NCBI GenBank assembly: GCA_964523005.1
Contig: CAZFZL010000001.1
Location: 1-32,810, forward strand
Length of the DNA: 32,810 nt
DNA from: an uncultured Oscillospiraceae bacterium
GTDB lineage: Bacteria; Bacillota; Clostridia; Oscillospirales; CAG-382
Direction of reading: 5' to 3'
The translations under genes and the position numbers were made by a program. Under the pieces are notes generated by a model that made no database searches, was not told where the DNA came from, and saw only the letters and a list, made by a program, of their open reading frames with translations. How positions within the stretch are numbered: the first letter of the stretch is position 1; every line of letters starts with the position of its first letter. Of the stretch, positions 8,676 through 17,362 are shown one piece after another.

Positions 8676-9719
8676 ATGGACAAAATCAAAATAGGCGTGG
8701 TCGGAGCGGGCAACATTTCGACCAACGCGCATCTTCCGGCGTACGCAAAATACGATGGCGCGTCGGTGGAGGCGATATGCGATACAGTGCCTGAGCGCGC
8801 TAAGACAGCTGCTGAGAGATTCAATATACCGCGCTGGTACGGCTCGGTCGAGGAGATGCTCGAAGGCTGTGAGCTCGATGCGGTGGACATATGTACATGG
8901 AACAACGGTCACAGCACCGTTGCGGTAAGCGCAGCTTGTGCCGGCAAGCACATAATGTGCGAAAAGCCTATGGCGCGCACGATGACGGAAGCGCAGGCAA
9001 TGGCGGACGCGGTGAGAAATAACAAGGTCAAATTCATGCTCGCCGTCCCGAACCGTTCGTGCGGCGAAAACAGAAAAGCGCGTGAGCTTATCGAAAGCGG
9101 CGCGCTGGGCGACATATATTTTGCGAGAACATCAGCCGTGAGGCGGCGCGGCACGCCTACGGGCTGGTTTACTGATTTCAAAACGTCCGGCGGCGGCCCG
9201 ATCATCGATATCGGCGTACACCGGATCGACGCGGCGTGGTATCTGATGGGCTGTCCGAAGCCGGTGTCGGTCACTGCCGCGACGTCAAACAGAATAGGCG
9301 ATTATCAGACGAAGGGTGTCGGGCGTTGGCAGGGAACGCCGTGTCCTGACAATAAATTTGATGTCGAGGACTCCGGGGCAGGCTGTATACGCTTTGAGAA
9401 CGGTGCGATAATGCTGTTCGAAGCAACGTGGGCGATAAACGCACCTGACAGCAGCGAAACGCTCGTGTGCGGCAGCAAAGCCGGAATAAGGCTCAGCCCC
9501 CTTACCGTTTTCGGCGAGAAGGACGACTATCTCAGCGACGAAAAGATCGACGCGCACGCCGACGGCGAAGATGTGTTTCTCAATGAGATCGAGGCGTTCT
9601 GCGATTACCTGCGCGGAAAATGCCCGTCGCGCGTACCGCTCGACCAGGCGCTGACGCTCCAGTCGATGCTCAACGCCGCCTATGAATCTGCAAAAACGGG
9701 GAAAGAAATAATACTGTAA
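8676..9719 (+). CDS. Gfo/Idh/MocA family NAD(P)-dependent oxidoreductase
   Basis: 347 aa. N-terminal Rossmann motif MDKIKIGVVGAGNISTNAHLPAY, the conserved EKPMA motif (CEKPMARTMTEA), and a C-terminal alpha/beta domain. GAGGG RBS. Confidence 0.85.
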   Translation: MDKIKIGVVGAGNISTNAHLPAYAKYDGASVEAICDTVPERAKTAAERFNIPRWYGSVEEMLEGCELDAVDICTWNNGHSTVAVSAACAGKHIMCEKPMARTMTEAQAMADAVRNNKVKFMLAVPNRSCGENRKARELIESGALGDIYFARTSAVRRRGTPTGWFTDFKTSGGGPIIDIGVHRIDAAWYLMGCPKPVSVTAATSNRIGDYQTKGVGRWQGTPCPDNKFDVEDSGAGCIRFENGAIMLFEATWAINAPDSSETLVCGSKAGIRLSPLTVFGEKDDYLSDEKIDAHADGEDVFLNEIEAFCDYLRGKCPSRVPLDQALTLQSMLNAAYESAKTGKEIIL

Positions 9720-10856
9720 ATGAACGCTGTTATTAAAAACGCGCGTGTGCTGATAGGCGATGAATTTGTACAGACAAATATAAACGTCGAAAACGGGCTC
9801 ATCTCATCGTTCGGCACATCAGACGCGGAGGGCTTTGACGCGAGCGGACTGTATGCGCTTCCGGGATTTATAGATACGCATATCCACGGTGCTGTCGGCG
9901 ACGATTTTTCCGAGCCGGACTGCGATTTTGAAAAATCACTTCGCTGGGAAGCGTCACAGGGTGTGACGGGAATGCTGGCTACGACTGACAGCGTACCACT
10001 GAGCGCGCTCGAAAGGGCTTTTGAAAATATCGGAAGGCAGATGGCGCGTCAGGTGCGCGCCGGATACGCCCGGGTGTACGGAGCACACGCCGAAGGCCCG
10101 TTTATAAATCCGCTTCGCAAGGGCGCGATGAACGCGAACAACATCGTTCTGCCCGACCCGGATTTCGTGCGGCGCGCCATGAAGCTGAGCGCGTGCGGCG
10201 GCCTGGTACTGAAGATCCTCTCGCTTTCGCCTGAGCTTCCCGGCGCATATGAATGTGCACGGATAATGCGCGAAAACGGCGCGTGCGCTTCTATCGCACA
10301 CACGGTCGCCGATTACGAATGTGCGGCAGACGCTGAAAAAGAAGGCTTTCTTCGCGCGACGCATCTGTTTAACGCGATGCTTCCGCTTTCTTCGCGCGCG
10401 CCCGGCGCCGTTGGGTATGCGCTTCGCTCAAAAGCGATAACGTGCGAGCTGATATGTGATTATGTGCATATACATCCTGCAGTTGCTGCGTTTGCAATAA
10501 AGGCAAAGGGACGCGACAGGATATGTATGATAAGCGATTCCGGAAGCATGAGCGGCTGCGGTGACGGAGAATATTTCATCAACGGCAGAAAAAAATATGT
10601 CAGTGACGGCAAATGCACGCTTGCCGACGGGACGATCGCAGGAAGCTGCGTGTCGCTTTACGCAGGCGTGAAAAATCTGTACGCCTCCGGCGTTTCGCTT
10701 GCGGATATTTCTGTGATGGCGTCAAAAAATCCCGCCGAAGCGGCGGGAGTGAACGCGGGCGTATTGAAGGTCGGAAAGAATGCAGACATAGTGCTGCTTG
10801 ACGAAAAGCTCGGCGTCGCCGCCGTGATGACGGGCGGAATGCTCAAAGCATACTGA
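9720..10856 (+). CDS. nagA: N-acetylglucosamine-6-phosphate deacetylase
   Basis: 378 aa. GFIDTHIHGAVG metal-binding motif, AHAEGPF, SIAHT, ATHLFNAM, MISDS. ATG sits immediately after the upstream stop. Confidence 0.85.
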   Translation: MNAVIKNARVLIGDEFVQTNINVENGLISSFGTSDAEGFDASGLYALPGFIDTHIHGAVGDDFSEPDCDFEKSLRWEASQGVTGMLATTDSVPLSALERAFENIGRQMARQVRAGYARVYGAHAEGPFINPLRKGAMNANNIVLPDPDFVRRAMKLSACGGLVLKILSLSPELPGAYECARIMRENGACASIAHTVADYECAADAEKEGFLRATHLFNAMLPLSSRAPGAVGYALRSKAITCELICDYVHIHPAVAAFAIKAKGRDRICMISDSGSMSGCGDGEYFINGRKKYVSDGKCTLADGTIAGSCVSLYAGVKNLYASGVSLADISVMASKNPAEAAGVNAGVLKVGKNADIVLLDEKLGVAAVMTGGMLKAY

Positions 10857-10960
10857 AAACACCGGTATGTCCGGGAAAGCGAAGCAGGTTCGATGCCGAA
10901 GCCGGAGTTGCGCCCGTGCCTCTGGGGAAAAGTCGGTTTTAAATTATTCCGCGATCAAAT

Positions 10961-10991
10961 AAAAAGGGCGTTGCTGTGCAACGCCCTTTTT
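10961..10991. terminator. Bidirectional terminator between nagA and rpmF
   Basis: aaaaagggcgttgc / gcaacgcccttttt palindrome with flanking A and T runs. Confidence 0.8.
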
Positions 10992-10993
10992 AT

Positions 10994-11185
10994 TTATTTG
11001 TCTTCTTTTTCTACTTTTATTGCTTCCTTGCCGCCGTAAGTGCCGCATTTAGTACAGACTCTGTGCGTAAGGATGTATTCTCCGCAGGAGGGACATTTCG
11101 TCATACCGGGAAGTGAAAGCTTCCAAACGGATGAGCGTCTTTTATCTCTTCTTGCTTTTGAGATTTTACTCTTTGGTACAGCCAT
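10994..11185 (-). CDS. rpmF: 50S ribosomal protein L32 (zinc-ribbon form)
   Basis: 63 aa, [18 protein letters not shown]...CPSCGE...CTKCG. Confidence 0.95.
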   Translation of the reverse strand: MAVPKSKISKARRDKRRSSVWKLSLPGMTKCPSCGEYILTHRVCTKCGTYGGKEAIKVEKEDK

Positions 11186-11199
11186 TTTAAGACCTCCAT

Positions 11200-11706
11200 T
11201 CAGTCATTATTATTTTTGAGCTTTTCGGCGAGCTGTGCGAGCTTCGCGAGCCTTGAATCAGGCTCCTTAAGGCTGCACGGGCAGTTCGCCTTGTTTTTGT
11301 TCACGCCGCATTTCGGACAAAGTCCCTTACAGTCTTTGCTGCAAAGGAAAACCATCGGTATCTCATACAGCAGCAGCTCTCGTCCGAGTGCTTCGGCATC
11401 AAGCTCGCCGCCGGTGATAATGAAATATTCGTCCTCTTCGTTTTTCGTTCCTTCGGGAACGAGCCGGGGCGTAAATGAGTACTGCTCGCGGTAAACGAAC
11501 GGCTCTGCGCACCGCGCACATACGGCGGTGCCTTCGACATATGCCGTTAGCGTCAGTTCGATATACCCCACGCAGTCGGTACAGCGTCCTTCAAAACGCG
11601 CTTTGCCCTGCGTTATGTCGTCGGAAAGATCCGATATGTCAAGCGTAAACGCAATGTCGAGCGTACGCTGTTCTCCGGAGAGCAGCCCGGAAAGATCAAA
11701 CGTCAT
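11200..11706 (-). CDS. yceD: YceD/DUF177 family protein (23S rRNA accumulation protein-like)
   Basis: 168 aa from ATG 11706, with GGAG 8 nt upstream. The track ORF begins at a GTG 9 nt further up. Acidic protein with paired CxxC motifs ([16 protein letters not shown]), in the conserved position directly upstream of rpmF. Confidence 0.8.
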   Translation of the reverse strand: MTFDLSGLLSGEQRTLDIAFTLDISDLSDDITQGKARFEGRCTDCVGYIELTLTAYVEGTAVCARCAEPFVYREQYSFTPRLVPEGTKNEEDEYFIITGGELDAEALGRELLLYEIPMVFLCSKDCKGLCPKCGVNKNKANCPCSLKEPDSRLAKLAQLAEKLKNNND

Positions 11707-11711
11707 TTCCG

Positions 11712-11945
11712 TCACTCCGAAGCGATATCCACTATCACGCGCTTGTTCTCAAGTCCTGCTGCCGCGCGCATGAGAGTACGTATCGATTTCGCGATTTTTC
11801 CCTGTCTGCCGATGACTTTGCCGACATCGGTAGGAGCCACGGAAAGCTCGTACATCACGACGTCGCCGCTGACTTTTTCGCTGACCTTGACCTCATCGGG
11901 AAATTCGACGAGAGATTTTGCGATGTCGATTAGTAACTGCTTCAT
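11712..11945 (-). CDS. KH-domain RNA-binding protein (YlqC/UPF0109 family)
   Basis: 77 aa. GKVIGRQGKIAKSIRTLM KH motif. In the conserved position after rpsP. Confidence 0.85.
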   Translation of the reverse strand: MKQLLIDIAKSLVEFPDEVKVSEKVSGDVVMYELSVAPTDVGKVIGRQGKIAKSIRTLMRAAAGLENKRVIVDIASE

Positions 11946-11960
11946 ATCTGATTCCTTTCG

Positions 11961-12203
11961 TTAGAGAACGCCGTTTGTCTTGAGAAGCGCTCTTACGGTG
12001 TCAGTCGGCTGCGCACCGTTTGCGATCCACTTCTTCGCTTTTTCAGCGTCGAGTTTGATCTCAGCGGGAGCAGTCATGGGGTTGTAGGAGCCTATTTCTT
12101 CAATAAATCTGCCGTCGCGCGGAAAACGGGAATCAGCGACTACGATTCTGTAATAGGGTGCCTTTTTCATACCCATTCTTCTGAGCCTGATCTTTACTGC
12201 CAT
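11961..12203 (-). CDS. rpsP: 30S ribosomal protein S16
   Basis: 80 aa, [52 protein letters not shown]. Confidence 0.95.
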   Translation of the reverse strand: MAVKIRLRRMGMKKAPYYRIVVADSRFPRDGRFIEEIGSYNPMTAPAEIKLDAEKAKKWIANGAQPTDTVRALLKTNGVL

Positions 12204-12355
12204 GTTTTCACCTCCGAATTATTTTAAGTGCCTGAGCCTTGCTTTGGATGCGGTGAAAACCGGCTCAGTGCATCGGTTTTGTACCGTGATTTATATAGAA
12301 AACGGTCGTAAATCAACGAAAATGTATCGTGTAAACCGCGATCTATCGTTTTTTA

Positions 12356-13681
12356 TCAGAAGCCGAACGGCATACGCATTTTTCCGCGCTTTCCGCCTTT
12401 TGAGAACTGCTTCATCATCAGCTTTATCTGGTCATACTGCTTGAGCACGCGGTTGATCTCTTCGACCGACGTTCCGCTGCCGGCGGCGATGCGCTTCTTG
12501 CGGGAATAGTTTATCACGTCGGGGCGTTCGCGTTCACGCACCGTCATGGACTGTATGATCGCCTCGGTATGCTTGAGCGCCTTTTCGTCGACCTTTGCGT
12601 CCTTGAGCTGCCCCGGCTTGACACCCGGTATCATGGCGAGCATCGAATCGAGGTTCCCCATGTTTTTAAGCTGCGCGAGCTGCGCGAGATAATCGGTGAG
12701 AGTGAAGCTGTTGCGCCTGAATTTTTCTTCGAGCGCCGCCGCCTGCTTTTCGTCGAACTGCTCCTGGGCTTTTTCTATAAGCGTGAGAACGTCGCCCATT
12801 CCGAGTATGCGCGAAGCCATACGGTCCGGGTAGAACGGCTCGATGTTGTCGAGCTTCTCGCCCGTGCCTATGAATTTGATCGGCTTGCCGGTGACATATC
12901 TGACTGAAAGCGCCGCGCCGCCTCTCGTGTCGCCGTCCATTTTGGAAAGCATCACACCCGTTATTCCGAGTGCGTCGTTGAACGATTGCGCTACGTTGAC
13001 TGCGTCCTGACCAGTCATCGCGTCGACGACGAGAAGTATCTCGGTCGGGTCAACGCTGCTTTTCATCCGCTTCAACTCATCCATGAGCGTTTCGTCTATG
13101 TGAAGTCTGCCGGCGGTGTCGATGATGACCATGTCGTGACCGTATTTTCCGGCGTAAACGAGCGCTTCTTTTGCTGTTTTGACCGGATCCTGCGTTCCTT
13201 TTTCAAAGACGGGAACGCCTGCCTGCTCACCGATGACCTGCAGCTGCTTAATTGCGGCGGGACGGTATATGTCGCACGCGACGAGCAGCGGATTCTTGCC
13301 CTGCTTTTTATAGAGCCTGCCGAGCTTGGCGGTGTAGGTCGTTTTTCCGGCGCCCTGAAGACCGCACATCAGTACGACCGTGGGCGGCTTCGGCGATATG
13401 GTAAGCTTTGAATTAGTCGTGCCCATCAGTGCCGTAAGCTCTTCGTTGACTATCTTGACTATCTGCTGCTCCGGAAGAAGCGATTCGAGAACGTCGGCGC
13501 CGACCGCGCGCTGCGTGACCTTTGCGACGAAATCCTTGACTACCTTGAAGTTGACGTCTGCTTCAAGCAGCGCGAGCTTGATCTCGCGCATACCGGCGCG
13601 GACATCGGCCTCCGTCAGACGGCCCTTGTTTTTGAATTTTTTCATCGCGTTCGCGAGTTTATCTACGAGCCCCTGAAGCAT
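12356..13681 (-). CDS. ffh: Signal recognition particle protein Ffh
   Basis: 441 aa from ATG 13681 (MLQGLVDKLANAMKKF). N domain, then SRP GTPase motifs GLQGAGKTT, DTAGR, SKMDGD. Met-rich C-terminal M domain (LKNMGNLDSMLAMIPG). Confidence 0.95.
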   Translation of the reverse strand: MLQGLVDKLANAMKKFKNKGRLTEADVRAGMREIKLALLEADVNFKVVKDFVAKVTQRAVGADVLESLLPEQQIVKIVNEELTALMGTTNSKLTISPKPPTVVLMCGLQGAGKTTYTAKLGRLYKKQGKNPLLVACDIYRPAAIKQLQVIGEQAGVPVFEKGTQDPVKTAKEALVYAGKYGHDMVIIDTAGRLHIDETLMDELKRMKSSVDPTEILLVVDAMTGQDAVNVAQSFNDALGITGVMLSKMDGDTRGGAALSVRYVTGKPIKFIGTGEKLDNIEPFYPDRMASRILGMGDVLTLIEKAQEQFDEKQAAALEEKFRRNSFTLTDYLAQLAQLKNMGNLDSMLAMIPGVKPGQLKDAKVDEKALKHTEAIIQSMTVRERERPDVINYSRKKRIAAGSGTSVEEINRVLKQYDQIKLMMKQFSKGGKRGKMRMPFGF

Positions 13682-13688
13682 TCTCCGG

Positions 13689-14012
13689 TCACCTTTCAGA
13701 CAGTGAGGCGGCAAGCGCCTTTATGCGCCCGTCGTCCGTCAGCGCGGCGATTTGTTTTGCCGTTTCGCCGATCTTTTCGTTTCTTGCGTATATTCCAAGC
13801 TTCTCTTCAAAGAAGTATAGCTGCTCTTCTCCGTGTATTAGCAGGTCGCGAACGCCCTGCCGCGTTATACCGATGTTCTGCGCTATCTCCGACAGCGAGA
13901 GGTCATCGTTATAATAATAATCGAGCACGAGCTGCTGCTTTTCACTCAGCAGCGGTCCGTATGTGTCGTAAAGCGCTCCGAGCAATATCCGTTTGTCCGG
14001 CACGTTGCACAT
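13689..14012 (-). CDS. ylxM: YlxM/UPF0122 putative DNA-binding protein (sigma-70 region 4-like HTH)
   Basis: 107 aa. LYDTYGPLLSEKQQLVLDYYYNDDLSLSEIAQNIGITRQGVRDLL. In the conserved position upstream of ffh. The true start could be the GTG 9 nt downstream. Confidence 0.85.
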   Translation of the reverse strand: MCNVPDKRILLGALYDTYGPLLSEKQQLVLDYYYNDDLSLSEIAQNIGITRQGVRDLLIHGEEQLYFFEEKLGIYARNEKIGETAKQIAALTDDGRIKALAASLSER

Positions 14013-14046
14013 CTCCCTGTAAAGTATTTTTCTTTACACCTTGCTC

Positions 14047-14074
14047 ATTATACACTTAATAACCCGTTTGTCAA
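14047..14074 (-). promoter_or_regulatory. Sigma-A-like promoter for ylxM-ffh
   Basis: On the minus strand: TTGACA (14074-14069), 16-nt spacer, TATAAT (14052-14047). Confidence 0.6.
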
Positions 14075-14094
14075 GAGTTTTTTTGAAAAAACTG

Positions 14095-14123
14095 TTGCCG
14101 AAAGGGAAAAAATATGGTAAACT
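14095..14123 (+). promoter_or_regulatory. Sigma-A-like promoter for the ribokinase operon
   Basis: TTGCCG (14095-14100), 17-nt spacer, TGgTAAACT (-10 at 14118-14123). Confidence 0.5.
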
Positions 14124-14156
14124 GAGCATGAAAAATAAGATGATAAGCAGAGGAAG

Positions 14157-15110
14157 ATGATTATGGCGGATAGAATACTCGTCGTCGGAAGCGCCAATAT
14201 GGATTTTATCATGAGATGCGACCGTTTGCCCTGTGCAGGCGAGACGATAATGTCCTATGATGGCTACGATTACGCGGCAGGCGGCAAGGGTGCCAACTGT
14301 GCTGTGGCGGCTGCAATGCTCGGCGCAGACGTGTCGTTCTGTACGAGGGTGGGCGAGGACACGCACGGAAAGCGGCTTCGCAAGCTGTATGTCGATTGCG
14401 GCATTGATCCGCGGTTTATACATATCGATTCGGTCATGCAGACGGGACTTGCTGTCGTGATGGTAGAGAGCAGCGGCTCAAACAGGATCGTGGTCTATCC
14501 GGGCGCGAACACGCGCGTGAGCGACCTTGATATAGAGGATGCGTTCACCGCGAATCCGGCGCTTGTGCTGACGCAGTTTGAAATAGGACTCGAAACGGTT
14601 CTGCTGACGGCTAAGCTCGCCGATAAAAAGAACATACCGCTCGTAATAGATGCCGGACCTGCGCGCCGTGATTATCCGCTCGAGCGTATACCGCGCGTCG
14701 AGATATTCAGCCCGAACGAGACTGAGACGGAAATACTCACCGGTATAAAGCCAGTGTCGGTGGAGGACTGTCTGCGCGCGTCGATGGCGCTTTATCAGCG
14801 CACGGAGATGAAATACGTCGTTCTCAAGCTCGGCGACAGAGGCTGCTTTGTGTACGACGGAAAATACTGCGATCTCGTGTCTCCGTTTGACGTTACGGCT
14901 GTCGATACGACGGCTGCCGGCGACGCCTTCACGGCGGCGCTTGCGTACAAATACATAAGCGGCGGCAAGGATATACTCCAGGCGTGCCGTTATGCGAACG
15001 CGGTCGGTGCGCTTACGGTCACGAAGCGCGGCGCCGCTCCCTCTCTTCCGACATCGCAGGATGTTGACGCGTTTCTCAAGGAAAGAAGCGTTTTCGATAC
15101 GGCCGAATGA
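14157..15110 (+). CDS. rbsK: Ribokinase (PfkB family)
   Basis: 317 aa. VVGSANMDF, GGKGANCAVAAAMLG, NETE, DTTAAGDAFTAAL, ANAVGALTVTKRGA. By GAGGAAG spacing, ATG 14163 is the more likely start. Confidence 0.85.
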   Translation: MIMADRILVVGSANMDFIMRCDRLPCAGETIMSYDGYDYAAGGKGANCAVAAAMLGADVSFCTRVGEDTHGKRLRKLYVDCGIDPRFIHIDSVMQTGLAVVMVESSGSNRIVVYPGANTRVSDLDIEDAFTANPALVLTQFEIGLETVLLTAKLADKKNIPLVIDAGPARRDYPLERIPRVEIFSPNETETEILTGIKPVSVEDCLRASMALYQRTEMKYVVLKLGDRGCFVYDGKYCDLVSPFDVTAVDTTAAGDAFTAALAYKYISGGKDILQACRYANAVGALTVTKRGAAPSLPTSQDVDAFLKERSVFDTAE

Positions 15111-16201
15111 TGACGCCGTGCTTTGATACGGGGGCGGATTATTCCGCCTTCGCGGACTCTCTGCTTGCGCTCGAAACGTGGCAGGACAGAATAATCGGCT
15201 CCGGACTGCCCGTGGTGCTGTACGGAACGGGAAAAGGCGCACGGAAAACGACTGCGCTTTTTTTGCGTTCGGGGATAGCGGTGTCCGCTGTCTGTGCAAG
15301 CGAAGGCAGCGCTGCACTCGGCAGCTCGTTTTGCGGAATGCAGGTGAAGACTTATGCGGAATGCGCGAAGGAATTCGGCTCGTTCGTGTGTGTTCCGGCA
15401 TTTGCCGCACGCGGCGACGACATCGCGCTCATAACGGAAATTGCACAAGCGCAGACCGTTGTGATGCCGAATCCGCCGGTGGCAGGCGAGGGCATGTGCG
15501 GAAAAGAAACGCTCGTGCGTTTGGCTGAAACGGCGCGCTTCGTTTACGAACGGCTCGGCGACGGTGAATCACGCAGGGTGCTGTACGAGGTGCTTTCGTT
15601 TGGCATCACCGGCGATATAAATTATCTTGCACGGAAATGTCCGCCGCGGCTCATGACGGTGCATCCGGGAAAACGCTTCATAGACGTCGGCGCTTACGAC
15701 GGCGACACGGCGCTCGAATACGCAAGGCTCTGCCCCGAATACGGCGATATAACGGCGTTTGAGCCGTCAGAAGCCAACTACGCGAAGCTTTGCCGAAGAA
15801 CGGAGGGGCTGCGGATAAAGTGTATTTGTGCGGCGGCGTGGGGGAAGCGCGGCGAGGGGTCTGAGAACGGAAACGACGGCAGAGCCGTCAGCGTCAGCGA
15901 AAAAGGCAGCGGCACAGAGCTGTACGCGCTCGACGGGTTTGGCGAAAACGTCGGGCTCATAAAGATCGACGCCGAGGGCGCGGAACGCGAGGTGCTGTAC
16001 GGCGCGTCAAATACGGTCGCCGCCGGCGGCGACGTGTGCTGCGCTGTGTATCACCGCGCCGACGATATAATAACATTGCCGCGGCTGATGCTGTATTACA
16101 GACCGGACGCGAAAATCTATCTGCGCCGCGAGGAATATCTGCCTGCGTGGGATGTGTTCGCGACGATAACGAAGGAGAACAATGTATGTACGGTGAATTG
16201 A
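15107..16201 (+). CDS. FkbM-family SAM-dependent methyltransferase with N-terminal Rossmann-like extension
   Basis: 364 aa. The ATG overlaps the rbsK TGA (ATGA). C-terminal FkbM signatures: FIDVGAYDGDTALEY, AFEPS, IKIDAEGAEREVL. N-terminal roughly 130 aa contain VVLYGTGKGARK. Confidence 0.7.
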   Translation: MMTPCFDTGADYSAFADSLLALETWQDRIIGSGLPVVLYGTGKGARKTTALFLRSGIAVSAVCASEGSAALGSSFCGMQVKTYAECAKEFGSFVCVPAFAARGDDIALITEIAQAQTVVMPNPPVAGEGMCGKETLVRLAETARFVYERLGDGESRRVLYEVLSFGITGDINYLARKCPPRLMTVHPGKRFIDVGAYDGDTALEYARLCPEYGDITAFEPSEANYAKLCRRTEGLRIKCICAAAWGKRGEGSENGNDGRAVSVSEKGSGTELYALDGFGENVGLIKIDAEGAEREVLYGASNTVAAGGDVCCAVYHRADDIITLPRLMLYYRPDAKIYLRREEYLPAWDVFATITKENNVCTVN

Positions 16202-16746
16202 TCACCGAAAAAGACTGCCGCGTGACAGATAAGGCGCGCTCATGCTTTTTCACCGGCCACAGGGATATACCGGAGAGCGAAAGGCAGCCACTTGGCGAAC
16301 GGCTCACGGGCACGCTCGAAAGGCTCGTCAGAGAAGGAACGGATACGTTCTGCGCCGGCGGTGCGATCGGGTTCGATATGCTCGCGGCACAGCGCGTGCT
16401 GAAGCTCAAAGAGAGCGTAAGCGGAATAAAGCTCGTGCTTTTTTTGCCGTGCCGCGATCAGGCATCCGCCTGGACACATGACGAAAGGGAGAAATACGAC
16501 ACCATTCTTGCGCACGCGGACGGAATATACTACGTTTCCGAGCGATATTTCCGGGGATGTATGTATCTGCGCAACAGATGTCTGGCGCAAAACGGCAGCA
16601 CCTGCGTGTGTTACCTCAAAAAGAACTCCGGCGGAACATATTATACAGTCAGGTACGCTTCCGGACGCGGAGCACGCATTATAAATCTTGCAGATGGCTC
16701 GGCGGACGAACAGATGGGATTTTCCGACAGCGTTTTTTTGACGTAA
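16186..16746 (+). CDS. SLOG-superfamily DUF1273 (YpsA-like) protein
   Basis: 186 aa from ATG 16186, with GAAGGAGA 8 nt upstream. Overlaps the methyltransferase gene by 16 nt. Signatures: CFFTGHRD, FCAGGAIGFDMLAAQ, LVLFLPC, YLRNRCL, GGTYYTVRYA. Confidence 0.75.
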   Translation: MYGELITEKDCRVTDKARSCFFTGHRDIPESERQPLGERLTGTLERLVREGTDTFCAGGAIGFDMLAAQRVLKLKESVSGIKLVLFLPCRDQASAWTHDEREKYDTILAHADGIYYVSERYFRGCMYLRNRCLAQNGSTCVCYLKKNSGGTYYTVRYASGRGARIINLADGSADEQMGFSDSVFLT

Positions 16747-16771
16747 AACGGCAAAATGTTTACACAGAGAC

Positions 16772-16800
16772 TTGTTTTTTTCGTATACGCATGATATAAT
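16772..16800 (+). promoter_or_regulatory. Sigma-A-like promoter for the hydrogenase operon
   Basis: TTGTTT (16772-16777), 17-nt spacer, TGaTATAAT (-10 at 16795-16800). Implies a 5' UTR of about 85 nt. Confidence 0.55.
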
Positions 16801-16891
16801 CAATAAGTATGCTGATATCGATATCGCCGCGTTCAGCGACGGCGCGCGCATCAGCCCAATAAGAACAAAACACTGAAAGGGATATCGTACA

Positions 16892-17356
16892 ATGGATGAA
16901 ATCTCGGCAAAAAACAAAGAGCTGAAGGAATGTATCGGACAATACCGCGGCGTGAAGGGCAATCTTATGCCTATAATGCAGAAAGCACAGGAGCTTTTCG
17001 GTTATCTTTCAATGGATACCATGACGCTCATCGCGGACGAACTGAAAATACCGGTAACGGAAGTATACGGCGTTGCGACATTCTACTCGCAGTTTTCGCT
17101 CAATCCGAAGGGTGAGAATGTTGTCAGTGTCTGCACGGGTACGGCCTGCTATGTCAAGGGCGCGTCAGCGATACTTGAACAGGTGCAGTCGGTGCTCGGC
17201 ATAAAGGTCGGTCAGACGACGGCAGACGGAAAATTCTCAATACAGGACACGCGCTGCCTCGGCTGCTGCGGACTCGCGCCGGTAATGGTCATAAACGGAG
17301 ACGTGTACGGACGCCTTGTGCCCGGAGACGTCAAGGGAATTCTTGAAAAGAGATAA
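16892..17356 (+). CDS. hydC: NuoE-like [2Fe-2S] subunit of NAD(P)-linked [FeFe]-hydrogenase (HydC)
   Basis: 154 aa. Thioredoxin-like 2Fe-2S motifs SVCTGTACYVKG and CLGCCGLAPVM. Confidence 0.85.
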   Translation: MDEISAKNKELKECIGQYRGVKGNLMPIMQKAQELFGYLSMDTMTLIADELKIPVTEVYGVATFYSQFSLNPKGENVVSVCTGTACYVKGASAILEQVQSVLGIKVGQTTADGKFSIQDTRCLGCCGLAPVMVINGDVYGRLVPGDVKGILEKR

Positions 17357-17362
17357 CTTTCG

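Noticed and set aside
10857-10960. About 100 nt of unassigned sequence between the nagA stop and the terminator, considered as a possible sRNA, riboswitch or gene remnant.
   Set aside because: It contains only a short hairpin (ccgg-tatgt-ccgg). There is no promoter, no conserved-looking motif and no ORF with an RBS, so the evidence is insufficient.
16747-16891. Rex (redox repressor) operator upstream of the hydrogenase operon.
   Set aside because: No TTGTGAA-N4-TTCACAA-like inverted repeat is present. Only the unrelated GATATCGATATC palindrome is seen, and it is reported separately.
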